Positions 1 to 7,612 are shown, counted from the stretch's first letter. The stretch is 38,458 nt of DNA from a virus (IMGVR_UViG_3300039071_000077:1-38458); one strand, 5' to 3'. Notes: generated by a model from the sequence alone, not told the origin. Translations and numbers: made by a program.

Positions 1-107
1 AGTACATTTCGTTGATTTCAACTAAGTACTTAACAGTCATTTGATTATTGAAAAGCGCTTTTTTCAAAGCAGGAACCGAGTTTGCAACATCTAACCAACC
101 GCTTTCC
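1..107. repeat. Left copy of the 107-nt terminal overlap (identical to 38352-38458)
   Basis: Read directly: agtacatttcgttgatttc...ctaaccaaccgctttcc occurs at both ends. The portal reading frame is continuous across the join. Confidence 0.95.
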
Positions 108-853
108 ACTACTGCGTGCCACTCTGATTTTGGATAGAAGGCTTCGTCAATAAGTGGATAAAACACTGGTCTGATGAATTTCTTTATTTGATTGTCTTTA
201 CAATATTGCTTCACTTGATCTACTGACCAATAAGAATCAATTAACGGTACTTCTTCTACATATTCCGAAGAAGTATCAACAGTTTCTCTTCCAAATTTCT
301 CTGAAATGTAAACGTACTCAACCAAATTGTTTTTAGGATTTGGAAGTGAAAATCTACACCAAGCGGTTTTTTGTCTACGTACTCGGTTGATTTCTTGAAA
401 GTTATCAGAAAGGATATATTCAGGAAACGCAATTGAGAAATACTCTAAATCCAAAATAGTTTCTTTCCAAAAACGATTCATTTGTGATTTTATGAAGAAA
501 TTTTGAATATCTGGAACTTCTGTAAGTTCTACCATTTTAGTATCTTTCTTTCCATCAGTCGCTACATCACGAACTAAAATTAATCCGTTTCCGTAGTGTG
601 TTTTTCTAAGGAAACGCAAACCTGAAGAAGCGGAACCATTCAAACGTACTTGTTTTAAAACCGCTTGCGGATAATCGTTTTTCGTTCCCCAAGAAGCAAT
701 CTCTGCGGTTTTGTCTTTTACATCGATTTTTAATTTTGTTACCGAAGTATCAAAACTATCCACCGAGTTCTTAAAAGTGAAAGCAGCCGCTTCTCCATTT
801 GCTAATTTGGAAACGGCTATTTTGGTTCCGTAAAATTCTGTGTTTTCACTCAT
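1..853 (-). CDS. Portal protein, N-terminal part; the gene wraps the circular junction and continues in 37843-38351 (about 453 aa in total)
   Basis: ATG at 853 overlaps the stop of the upstream ORF (TAATG). The minus frame is open to base 1 and in frame with ORF 37843-38418 through the overlap. Size and position after the large terminase fit a portal; the family was not searched. Confidence 0.7.
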   Translation of the reverse strand, partial: MSENTEFYGTKIAVSKLANGEAAAFTFKNSVDSFDTSVTKLKIDVKDKTAEIASWGTKNDYPQAVLKQVRLNGSASSGLRFLRKTHYGNGLILVRDVATDGKKDTKMVELTEVPDIQNFFIKSQMNRFWKETILDLEYFSIAFPEYILSDNFQEINRVRRQKTAWCRFSLPNPKNNLVEYVYISEKFGRETVDTSSEYVEEVPLIDSYWSVDQVKQYCKDNQIKKFIRPVFYPLIDEAFYPKSEWHAVVESGWLDVANSVPALKKALFNNQMTVKYLVEINEMY

Positions 854-1173
854 TAGTAAATCACTTTTGTATTATTAATTGAAACAATGAAGTCGATACG
901 GATTTTCTTAATCTCTCCGTTTGGTAACTCGATGTTTCGTGTTCTGTTTTTGTAATGGTTTGGTGTTTTTGTTCCAGGAACAAAAGTTTCTTCTTCGGTT
1001 TCTTTTGCTTGTGGAAGGTATTTAACACCAAAGTATTGTTTGAGTTTACCACCTTGTTTCGTTTGCTCATTGAATGTTCTGTACTCAATATCAAAAGGAA
1101 CAAACATCATATTTGCATCACGCAAATTGAAAATTTTAAGAGCTTCCGTTAAAGTGATAAATCCGTTATCCAT
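853..1173 (-). CDS. Hypothetical protein, 106 aa, between terminase and portal
   Basis: ATG at 1173. Stop coupled to the portal ATG. Preceded by motif site 1203-1213 and a structured leader. No recognisable domain. Confidence 0.75.
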   Translation of the reverse strand: MDNGFITLTEALKIFNLRDANMMFVPFDIEYRTFNEQTKQGGKLKQYFGVKYLPQAKETEEETFVPGTKTPNHYKNRTRNIELPNGEIKKIRIDFIVSINNTKVIY

Positions 1174-1250
1174 GATGTAAAATTCGTTTTTACATCAAAA
1201 AAAAAATAGGACAGCAAAAACCAAAGGTTCAAACCGCCTATTTTGATGTA
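1174..1250 (-). promoter_or_regulatory. Structured leader with two mutually exclusive hairpins before the 106-aa gene
   Basis: A 9-bp stem (1174-1182 with 1188-1196) abuts the ATG. Alternatively, 1191-1210 pairs with 1237-1250 (UACAUCAAAAUAGG with CCUAUUUU..GAUGUA, with a U bulge). The segment GAUGUA (1191-1196) is shared by both. Confidence 0.5.
1203..1213 (-). promoter_or_regulatory. TGTCCTATTTT motif, site 1 (29 nt before ATG 1173)
   Basis: Exact 11-mer on the coding strand. A TTTG lies 21 nt upstream of the TA. Confidence 0.6.
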
Positions 1251-1401
1251 ATATTCTAATTTTTAAACGTTTAACTATTTGAAAATCAAAATTTTAGTTT
1301 AAAAATTTATATTTCTTATTTTAAAATATCACGATTCGGCACGCCTGTCCCTAAAAATTTTTTCACTTTCCATTTGCGAAAATCTAGGAAATATGAATTT
1401 G

Positions 1402-2931
1402 TTATCGTGAGGACCCGATGCGCCACTCATTGGCAAAGCTTGTCGTTCCTTTGAATCTATCGTTGTATAAGGTAACGATTGGGATGTCAAAGGCATCAGG
1501 TAAGTGTGTTGCGTGTTGCTGTGGGAACGAACTGTTGCGTTCATCCTTCTTGTTCTTCTCTACTCCTGCTGGAGATTCTTTTGCTTCAGTTCGTTCCAAT
1601 GCAATAATCAAATCAGGATTGTTTGCTTCATTGATACGTATCTTAGGCAGGTTAGACTGGTTCTCCTTAAGCATGGCATTGAACAACAAATACTTATCAT
1701 AGTGTGTTGCAGCTGCACCACGTGACATGATGATAACAGTCCAACCATGTGATGATAGTAGTTCTCGTACTTGTTCAAATAAAGTCTTTGAACTATTTGG
1801 CAGTCTGTTGTTTCCATCGTGTCCACCATATAAGTAGATAGTCTTATCCTGGTGCGGTCTGTAGTATGGAATGAATTGTTCAATGAATAGATCATCCAAT
1901 AGCTTTGGAGACTTCACCCACATAGACTTCAACACACGATACTCATCATCATGCGTTTGTGATACCACCAATGAATTGAACACACCAAAGTCAAGCGATA
2001 CAATCAGTGGTTCATTTGGATTTATATCATTGTCCTGGTTACAATTGAAATGTTCACGCATGATGTCCTGACTGCCAGCCTTAAACTTTGAAGCATCTAA
2101 GCCTTCAAGGTATGATGCACTGTAGTCAGTGTAGTAATGCTTATCAGGATTTAAGTTAGCATAAAAGCCGTCAGTGATTTCCTTTGGTCTTATGTTTAGA
2201 ATTTCGGCATCATATATCAATTGGCTTGGTGCTTCTGCTCTCATATCATCAAACCAACCCTTACGTAAGTTGTGAGCGTTTGCGAATGAGTTAGCCTTTC
2301 CAAAATAGTACAAATCAGGTCGCTTGCGTGCTTCTGCTTCCATATCTGTGAACCATTTCCCTTTCTTAGTAATTGGTGTTGATGATGCGTAAAATTCAGC
2401 TCCAAGCATTGAAGCATCCTTAAATATTTCTTTTTTTGCTCTATTCGTAGTCTTTACGTTGTTGTATAGTTTTTCAGGATCTAATAACGCAGCTTCATCA
2501 CCAATACCACCGTAAGAATTCAAACCACGCCCAGTATTCGGATTGTCTAATGATACCAATTGGAATATTGCACCATTCGAAAAGTGAATAATGTTATTCC
2601 ATTGGTTCGGTGGTTGGAATGGCATTTGGAATCCATTCTTCTTACCGGAACGCCCTACAACATAATCCACATCCTGATACAAATTGAACATTTCCAATCC
2701 TTCAATCGTACTCGGTAAGGTTCTAGAAAGTATCTGAGAATAAGTAGCACCAACCAAAAAGAATGAAGCTCTAGGCATTTGTACTACAAACTTTCTAGCA
2801 ACTCCACCTAATCCTGTAGATTTTCCTGTACCACGACTCCACTCCCAGTAGTTTTTTTGGCGCATATTAATAAACGCCTTTGCTTGTGGTATGTTTAGAT
2901 TGATAACTTTAGTCTTCGCCTTGTTCTTCAT
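1402..2931 (-). CDS. terL: Terminase large subunit
   Basis: 509 aa. Walker A-like WSRGTGKSTG near the N-terminus, Walker B-like GIGDEAAL, and a C-terminal nuclease-sized half. Overlaps the upstream small ORF by 23 nt. Confidence 0.9.
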   Translation of the reverse strand: MKNKAKTKVINLNIPQAKAFINMRQKNYWEWSRGTGKSTGLGGVARKFVVQMPRASFFLVGATYSQILSRTLPSTIEGLEMFNLYQDVDYVVGRSGKKNGFQMPFQPPNQWNNIIHFSNGAIFQLVSLDNPNTGRGLNSYGGIGDEAALLDPEKLYNNVKTTNRAKKEIFKDASMLGAEFYASSTPITKKGKWFTDMEAEARKRPDLYYFGKANSFANAHNLRKGWFDDMRAEAPSQLIYDAEILNIRPKEITDGFYANLNPDKHYYTDYSASYLEGLDASKFKAGSQDIMREHFNCNQDNDINPNEPLIVSLDFGVFNSLVVSQTHDDEYRVLKSMWVKSPKLLDDLFIEQFIPYYRPHQDKTIYLYGGHDGNNRLPNSSKTLFEQVRELLSSHGWTVIIMSRGAAATHYDKYLLFNAMLKENQSNLPKIRINEANNPDLIIALERTEAKESPAGVEKNKKDERNSSFPQQHATHLPDAFDIPIVTLYNDRFKGTTSFANEWRIGSSR

Positions 2932-3493
2932 CTTCTTCTACGTTTTCAAATTCTATATCAATTGGAGCTGACAAATTTGAATCATCAACGCCTTGATTTT
3001 CTGATAATTTCAAGTACTTAAATAACTCTTTCGGAATAGCGAACTTAATTTCCACGTTTTCAAGTTTTTCAGGATTGAAGTCAGCCAAGTCAACTTCATC
3101 TAATCCACCAAACTTAGACATTAGCTCCAATGCTTTAGCCTGTGCTTTTAAGTCTTTGGCTTGAATAGCACGTTGATAGTATTTGTGTGCATATTCGTAA
3201 AGAATCGCCTGCTTTCCTTTCTTGTCGGATTCCATTACGTTTCCGTACAAAATTTGCGCATTCTTCACATCCAAATACGCTTGCGCTAATGAAACTCCAT
3301 GATCTTCCATTAACTTATTCACGATTTGTTGTGGCGAATAATAGTTGAAAGAAAGCGTGAGCACTTCTGACCAACGCTTTCTTATTTCCTCCAATTTTGG
3401 AGATAAAGGGAACCGCACTGGGTCGATATGATGCGCCATTATCTTTTCCAGTGTGGTATCGCCTTTCTGTATTTTAAACGGAAGTTTATTCAT
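2909..3493 (-). CDS. Putative terminase small subunit (assigned by position)
   Basis: 194 aa, helical, with an acidic C-terminus (VEEDEEQGED). Lies immediately upstream of and overlapping terL. No motif recognised. Confidence 0.45.
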   Translation of the reverse strand: MNKLPFKIQKGDTTLEKIMAHHIDPVRFPLSPKLEEIRKRWSEVLTLSFNYYSPQQIVNKLMEDHGVSLAQAYLDVKNAQILYGNVMESDKKGKQAILYEYAHKYYQRAIQAKDLKAQAKALELMSKFGGLDEVDLADFNPEKLENVEIKFAIPKELFKYLKLSENQGVDDSNLSAPIDIEFENVEEDEEQGED

Positions 3494-4769
3494 TCAAATA
3501 AAGTTCTAATTGTTCATTGGACAACTTTTGTCCATTTTTTACGATTTCATATTGCAGATGATTATCGCGCATGTACTTAATGTAACGCTTGATGTGAACA
3601 TCGGCATAGTTTTCTCCTAATTCAATGATGCGTGCTTGTCTCCATGTTTTCTCGCAAGAAATCAAAGTAGTTCCAGAACCACCAAATGGATCGCCAACAA
3701 TATCACGTTGCTTACTGCTGTTTTTTATAAGATAACAAAACAACTCTATAGGCTTCATTGTTGGGTGGTCTTCGTTTCGCAATGGTTTGTCAAACTCTAA
3801 AATAGTAGTTTGCTTTCTGTCGGAATACCAATTGTGCGCTGCTCCTTCTTTCCATCCATATAAACAAGGCTCGTGTTTCCAATGATAATCTTGTCTTGAT
3901 AACACCATTGAATTCTTCTGCCAAATCAAACATTGTGAAAGTTTATAACCTGCATCGGCTAATGCCTTTCTAAAGTTGGCACCTTCACTATCTGCGTGAA
4001 AAACATAAATTGGCGCACCTGGTAATGCTTTCAAAAATGTTTCTTGGTAGAACAAATACAAAAACGTGTAAAAATCTCCTGTAGACATGTTGTCGTTTTC
4101 GATTTTCAAGCGGTCTTTTGTTCCACCTTCATAGTTTACGTTGTATGGTGGATCAGTAAGAACCAAGTTAAATTCTTCTGGTCCTAATTTCTTATAAGGT
4201 TCGTTTTTGGTGCTATCGCCACAAACAATCACGTGCTTGATTCCTTTTTGTACCGATTTCAATTCGTAAACATCACCAATTTGCGTGATTGATTCTTTTG
4301 GTGGTGTTGGGTCAAACTCTTGTTCTTCTTCATTGTCACCTTCTTCTCCTAAAGCTTCTCCTGGTATTTCAATATCTTCTAAAAATAATCCTAGTGATTC
4401 CAAATCCACATCACCAAAATGTGCTTCTAAAACATCAACATCCCAAAACCCAACTGGAACGTTTGATGTAATGTTGTATTCCTTGAATTCCGATTCGGTT
4501 AAGCATCGGCTTGGAATACGCACATCGATTTCTTCTTCTCCTCTGCCGATGTCCATCATTACTTTTACTCTTTGATGTCCGGCAATAATAACGTTATCGG
4601 TGTTTACTGCAGGAATTTCGGCAAGGTTAAACTTCTCGATACTTTTAATCAGAAGTGCTTTTTTCTCTTCTGTTAGTTTTCTAGGATTGTACTCATAAGG
4701 AACTAAGTCTTTGACTTTCCTTTTTTCGGTTCTCCATTCTAGTGGAGCGGTTAAAATATTAGTTTCCAT
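3486..4769 (-). CDS. ParB-like nuclease domain fused to an N6A/N4C DNA methyltransferase (beta-class motif order)
   Basis: N-terminus has YNPRK...IIAGHQR (ParB/Srx-like). Motif IV is LTDPPYNVNY; motif I DPFGGSGTT lies near the C-terminus. The ATG at 4769 (the track start at 4772 is TTG) overlaps the upstream ORF by 11 nt. Confidence 0.85.
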   Translation of the reverse strand: METNILTAPLEWRTEKRKVKDLVPYEYNPRKLTEEKKALLIKSIEKFNLAEIPAVNTDNVIIAGHQRVKVMMDIGRGEEEIDVRIPSRCLTESEFKEYNITSNVPVGFWDVDVLEAHFGDVDLESLGLFLEDIEIPGEALGEEGDNEEEQEFDPTPPKESITQIGDVYELKSVQKGIKHVIVCGDSTKNEPYKKLGPEEFNLVLTDPPYNVNYEGGTKDRLKIENDNMSTGDFYTFLYLFYQETFLKALPGAPIYVFHADSEGANFRKALADAGYKLSQCLIWQKNSMVLSRQDYHWKHEPCLYGWKEGAAHNWYSDRKQTTILEFDKPLRNEDHPTMKPIELFCYLIKNSSKQRDIVGDPFGGSGTTLISCEKTWRQARIIELGENYADVHIKRYIKYMRDNHLQYEIVKNGQKLSNEQLELYLNE

Positions 4770-5529
4770 CAATTAGGCGTTTTATGGTTAATAATTCCTC
4801 ATTTTTAGCAATGAGTGTGCTTTCTTGTTTTGATATGCTTCGCTCCAGTTTCTTTACTTCAGCTACTCCGTTTGCGGTTTTTAGGAGTTCTTTATTTTGA
4901 AGTAATCGCTTTTTCATTTTGCTGATACTAGCAAAAAGATGTTGTTCTTTTTTTAGCATATTAGCCGGAGACAAACTTTCGAATTCGGTTTTAGCTTCTT
5001 TTGGAGCTACTTTGTGTGTTTTCCAATAGTCTAGCTTTTCCCAACACAATGCGTTTTGCTTTTGCTTTTTAGCAATATCAATTTGAATCGATAATGCTTT
5101 GTATTCGGCTTCTGCTGGAAATTCGTTTAGTTGCACTTTTAAGAAGCACATTTCTTTAAATAGCGTATTGGCTTCTAAAAGTATAGGTCGAAGTTCTGCA
5201 GGTAATTCGTGAAAGTAAAGTGCTTGTTTGGTAACGTAGTTGGTTTGTTGTTGTTCAATATATTGCACAACGGAAACATCATTTGATTGCTTTTGACTGC
5301 TTTTGACTGGTTTTGACTGGTTTTGACTGGTTTTGACCGCTTTTGATTGGTTTTGAACTGACTTGTCAATTTTTGACAACTCATACTTTAATTTTTCGAG
5401 CAGTTGAGCAGTTTGTTTGCGCTGGAAGTTTTTTAGTAAATTTTTATTATGAGCTGGTAAACTCGCATACAACAAAACTCCTTCATCATAAGGAGTTCCT
5501 TTTGCTTTCCATTGTTCTATTGCGTTCAT
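4759..5529 (-). CDS. Hypothetical protein, 256 aa, with decapeptide repeats (QNQSKPVKTS-like) and a coiled-coil-like C-terminal half
   Basis: ATG at 5529 lies 29 nt after motif site 5559-5569. Contains the 10-nt DNA tandem repeat at 5281-5360. Confidence 0.75.
   Translation of the reverse strand: MNAIEQWKAKGTPYDEGVLLYASLPAHNKNLLKNFQRKQTAQLLEKLKYELSKIDKSVQNQSKAVKTSQNQSKPVKSSQKQSNDVSVVQYIEQQQTNYVTKQALYFHELPAELRPILLEANTLFKEMCFLKVQLNEFPAEAEYKALSIQIDIAKKQKQNALCWEKLDYWKTHKVAPKEAKTEFESLSPANMLKKEQHLFASISKMKKRLLQNKELLKTANGVAEVKKLERSISKQESTLIAKNEELLTIKRLIDGN
5281..5360. repeat. Tandem repeat, eight 10-nt units (plus-strand consensus TTTTGACTGG) inside CDS 4759-5529
   Basis: Read directly. There are three perfect units at 5301-5330 with degenerate flanking units, and weaker units extend to 5380. 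Confidence 0.9.
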
Positions 5530-5558
5530 ATAGCAAAGTTGCAGAAATGGAAAGCGTA

Positions 5559-5569
5559 AAAATAGGACA
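5559..5569 (-). promoter_or_regulatory. TGTCCTATTTT motif, site 2 (29 nt before ATG 5529)
   Basis: Exact 11-mer, lying directly after terminator 5571-5593. Confidence 0.6.
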
Positions 5570-5570
5570 T

Positions 5571-5593
5571 AAAAAAACCACTCCGAAGAGTGG
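5571..5593 (-). terminator. Intrinsic terminator, CCACUC-UUCG-GAGUGG plus U7
   Basis: 6-bp GC-rich stem with a UUCG tetraloop and a T-run on the minus strand, 19 nt after the stop of the 110-aa gene. Confidence 0.8.
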
Positions 5594-5612
5594 CAATAAT
5601 CAACCTATAGGT

Positions 5613-5945
5613 TTATTTTAAATCGATGACTTCATAATCTATATCTAAAAAAACTGGACATTGTTCATGAAAAACTACTATAAAATTTTCATAGTTGTAA
5701 ACCACTTCTATTCCAAAAATAGTCAATTTATTATTTCCACTATCAAATGCATTCATAGATACTTCATTAGAATTTGCATAATTTACTAAATCAATAAAAT
5801 ATTTTGGAATTGCTACTCTTAAATATTGATGATTAATATCATTTTCTTTTGATACTTTAATAATCGCACGTCTAACCTGATGTAAAATTTCATGAATTTT
5901 ATCAGTAGTTAAAGTTACTAAAATTCTTTTTTTTGGGTTTTCCAT
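5613..5945 (-). CDS. Hypothetical protein, 110 aa (moron-like, AT-rich)
   Basis: Standalone unit between hairpin 5963-6029 and terminator 5571-5593. Visibly lower GC than its neighbours. Confidence 0.7.
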   Translation of the reverse strand: MENPKKRILVTLTTDKIHEILHQVRRAIIKVSKENDINHQYLRVAIPKYFIDLVNYANSNEVSMNAFDSGNNKLTIFGIEVVYNYENFIVVFHEQCPVFLDIDYEVIDLK

Positions 5946-5962
5946 AAATTCACTTTTAAGTT

Positions 5963-6029
5963 AAAAAAAACCTCGTTCTATTTCCCAAATAAATCAATTT
6001 AACCGCTATTGTTTTATTATAGAACGAGG
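5963..6029 (-). terminator. Hairpin (11-bp stem, 37-nt loop) plus U8 after the 123-aa gene
   Basis: cctcgttctat (5971-5981) pairs with atagaacgagg (6019-6029). An A8 run on the plus strand at 5963-5970 gives a T-run on the minus strand. Confidence 0.6.
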
Positions 6030-6041
6030 TGTGACCAACGC

Positions 6042-6413
6042 CTAATTAGTCAAAACTTTATTTTGAAGTGCAATTGAATTCATACACCAACCGGTACAAA
6101 GTTCGTAATTGAATTTTTCTGGCACATTTTCTTCTATTTGTTTTTTGCTTCTTGGAATCGCAGTTGCAATGGTGTAGGTTTCTCTTTTGTATTGAAGCTT
6201 CAACATAATTTCGTTTAGTTCGTAATCAGAAATACAACCTTCTGGAAAGGTTTGAAACAAAAACTCCATCAACTGATCAGTTGAAAAACGAGTGTTGGCT
6301 TGTTCCGCATTTTCAGCAGGAACAAAGTTTTGCTTAATGAATTCTGATATTTGAGAAACGTAATCGTACATACTGTGTTTATATCGTTGCAGGAGCTCTC
6401 CAGCAGAAAACAT
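6042..6413 (-). CDS. Hypothetical protein, 123 aa
   Basis: ATG at 6413. Followed 12 nt after the stop by a hairpin plus T-run (5963-6029). Confidence 0.7.
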   Translation of the reverse strand: MFSAGELLQRYKHSMYDYVSQISEFIKQNFVPAENAEQANTRFSTDQLMEFLFQTFPEGCISDYELNEIMLKLQYKRETYTIATAIPRSKKQIEENVPEKFNYELCTGWCMNSIALQNKVLTN

Positions 6414-6521
6414 TATAAATGTAGTTAGGCTGTCGGGCGTTACCGCTACCGAACTCCTGCTGATTTAAACCAGTACTAAATAATGTTTTCTTTTGAGACT
6501 TCAAATATAGTGAAAATTGTT

Positions 6522-7058
6522 TTATAAATTAAAATGAGACAAGAATTCAGTTTCATCAATAATTAAAACATCATATTCTTTTGCATTATCCATTTTGGTA
6601 CTACCAGGATTAAAACCACAAACGAGTATTTCGGTATATTTGCCTACTGAAACATCTACATCAGCACCTGATTCCCAAAGCAACTTAGCAATATCATTTC
6701 TATATTCAAAATTTTTAAATTCTCCTGTAATTACCACTTTTTTACCAAAAAAGAAGCTCCCAGTGTCTTTTAAATCTTTAATAGGATATAAGTATTGTTT
6801 ATCAATTTTATTATCTCTAAAATGTACTAAATCCTCAAAAGACAAATCAGGTCTTTTTACTCCTGTTTTGTTATTAGTCTTATTTGAATATGGAAAAACA
6901 ACATCAATTTCTTTTGCTTTGGTGGCTTTTTTTTCTTTTTCATTCAAATATTTAAGCTGAACATTCTGAATAAACATTGACTTACTTTTATTTCTTTCAC
7001 TTAAATAAAGCGCAAAAAACACAATTGTAGTTATAAAAAAAAATAAAGTAGCTTCCAT
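6522..7058 (-). CDS. Membrane-anchored BRCT-like domain protein (178 aa)
   Basis: N-terminal TM helix ATLFFFITTIVFFALYL followed by basic residues. The C-terminal segment GKKVVITGEF...SVGKYTEILVCGFNPGSTKMDNAKEYDVLIIDETEFL follows the BRCT pattern of NAD-ligase C-termini (recalled, not searched). The ATG at 7058 overlaps the upstream stop (TAATG); the track start at 7064 is TTG. Confidence 0.6.
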   Translation of the reverse strand: MEATLFFFITTIVFFALYLSERNKSKSMFIQNVQLKYLNEKEKKATKAKEIDVVFPYSNKTNNKTGVKRPDLSFEDLVHFRDNKIDKQYLYPIKDLKDTGSFFFGKKVVITGEFKNFEYRNDIAKLLWESGADVDVSVGKYTEILVCGFNPGSTKMDNAKEYDVLIIDETEFLSHFNL

Positions 7059-7612
7059 TACCAATCACTTTTTTTGCTTGGAATCGAATCTGATTTTAAA
7101 AAAGCTTCTAATTCTTTATTTAGTCTATTGAAGTAATTTGTTAAATCTTGCGGAATATATTTGTAATTCCCTTTAATTTCTCCTTTTTTATTATACATAT
7201 AATCAACTGGATTCAACGAAATATAACCCCAACCACCAACACCATATTGAGAAGATGGAGTAAAGAATTGAACTTCTATAACATCAAATTTATATTTACC
7301 ATCTTTTAATGAAATTTCAATTTGATATTTAGACTCGTATGGTTTTTTACCCATAATATTAAAAGTAACTAATCCATAACTAGAACCTTCAATCCTTACA
7401 TAATCATTTTCAATCTGTGCTTTGATTACTTCTTTTGGATTTTTATAAGTAACAGAAACCCAATCAATCACTTTTTTATAAAGTTCTTGTTGTGTTTTTC
7501 CTTCTACTTTACCTACAACAAAATCCGTAAAACCATCTTTTGTAAAAACAAATGTTGAATCCTGTGCAAATCCAAAAAAGCCAAATAATAAGGCTACAAT
7601 AATTTTTTTCAT
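7058..7612 (-). CDS. Secreted DUF4468-like protein (184 aa)
   Basis: Signal peptide MKKIIVALLFGFFGFAQ. The body has the DUF4468-like pattern (ELYKKVIDWVSVTYKNPKEVI, ISLKDGKYKFDV), recalled from memory. AT-rich. Follows terminator 7647-7674. Confidence 0.6.
   Translation of the reverse strand: MKKIIVALLFGFFGFAQDSTFVFTKDGFTDFVVGKVEGKTQQELYKKVIDWVSVTYKNPKEVIKAQIENDYVRIEGSSYGLVTFNIMGKKPYESKYQIEISLKDGKYKFDVIEVQFFTPSSQYGVGGWGYISLNPVDYMYNKKGEIKGNYKYIPQDLTNYFNRLNKELEAFLKSDSIPSKKSDW

Noticed and set aside
1-107. The 107-bp terminal repeat as a biological direct terminal repeat or a cos-type end
   Set aside because: It sits in the middle of the portal ORF and restores the frame exactly when the ends are joined. 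This is what an assembly overlap of a circular or permuted genome looks like. Only read-terminus data could overturn this.
5281-5360. CRISPR array (also considered for 8441-8612 and 12234-12478)
   Set aside because: The units are contiguous or irregularly spaced short motifs without unique spacers of 25-40 nt. Two of the three regions are in-frame coding repeats. No cas genes are present.
5175-5384. Alternative-frame minus-strand ORF (69 aa) spanning the 10-nt repeat
   Set aside because: Its open frame and its similar peptide are an automatic consequence of the 10-nt periodicity. It has no independent start context. It is kept only as supporting evidence for the repeat finding.
6388-6460. 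A stem between GCAGGAGCTC (6388-6397, inside the 123-aa gene) and GAACTCCTGC (6450-6459, in the leader) sequestering the start codon
   Set aside because: It is only a 9 of 10 match across a ~52-nt loop, a single instance with no supporting repeat or conservation. This is too weak to call.
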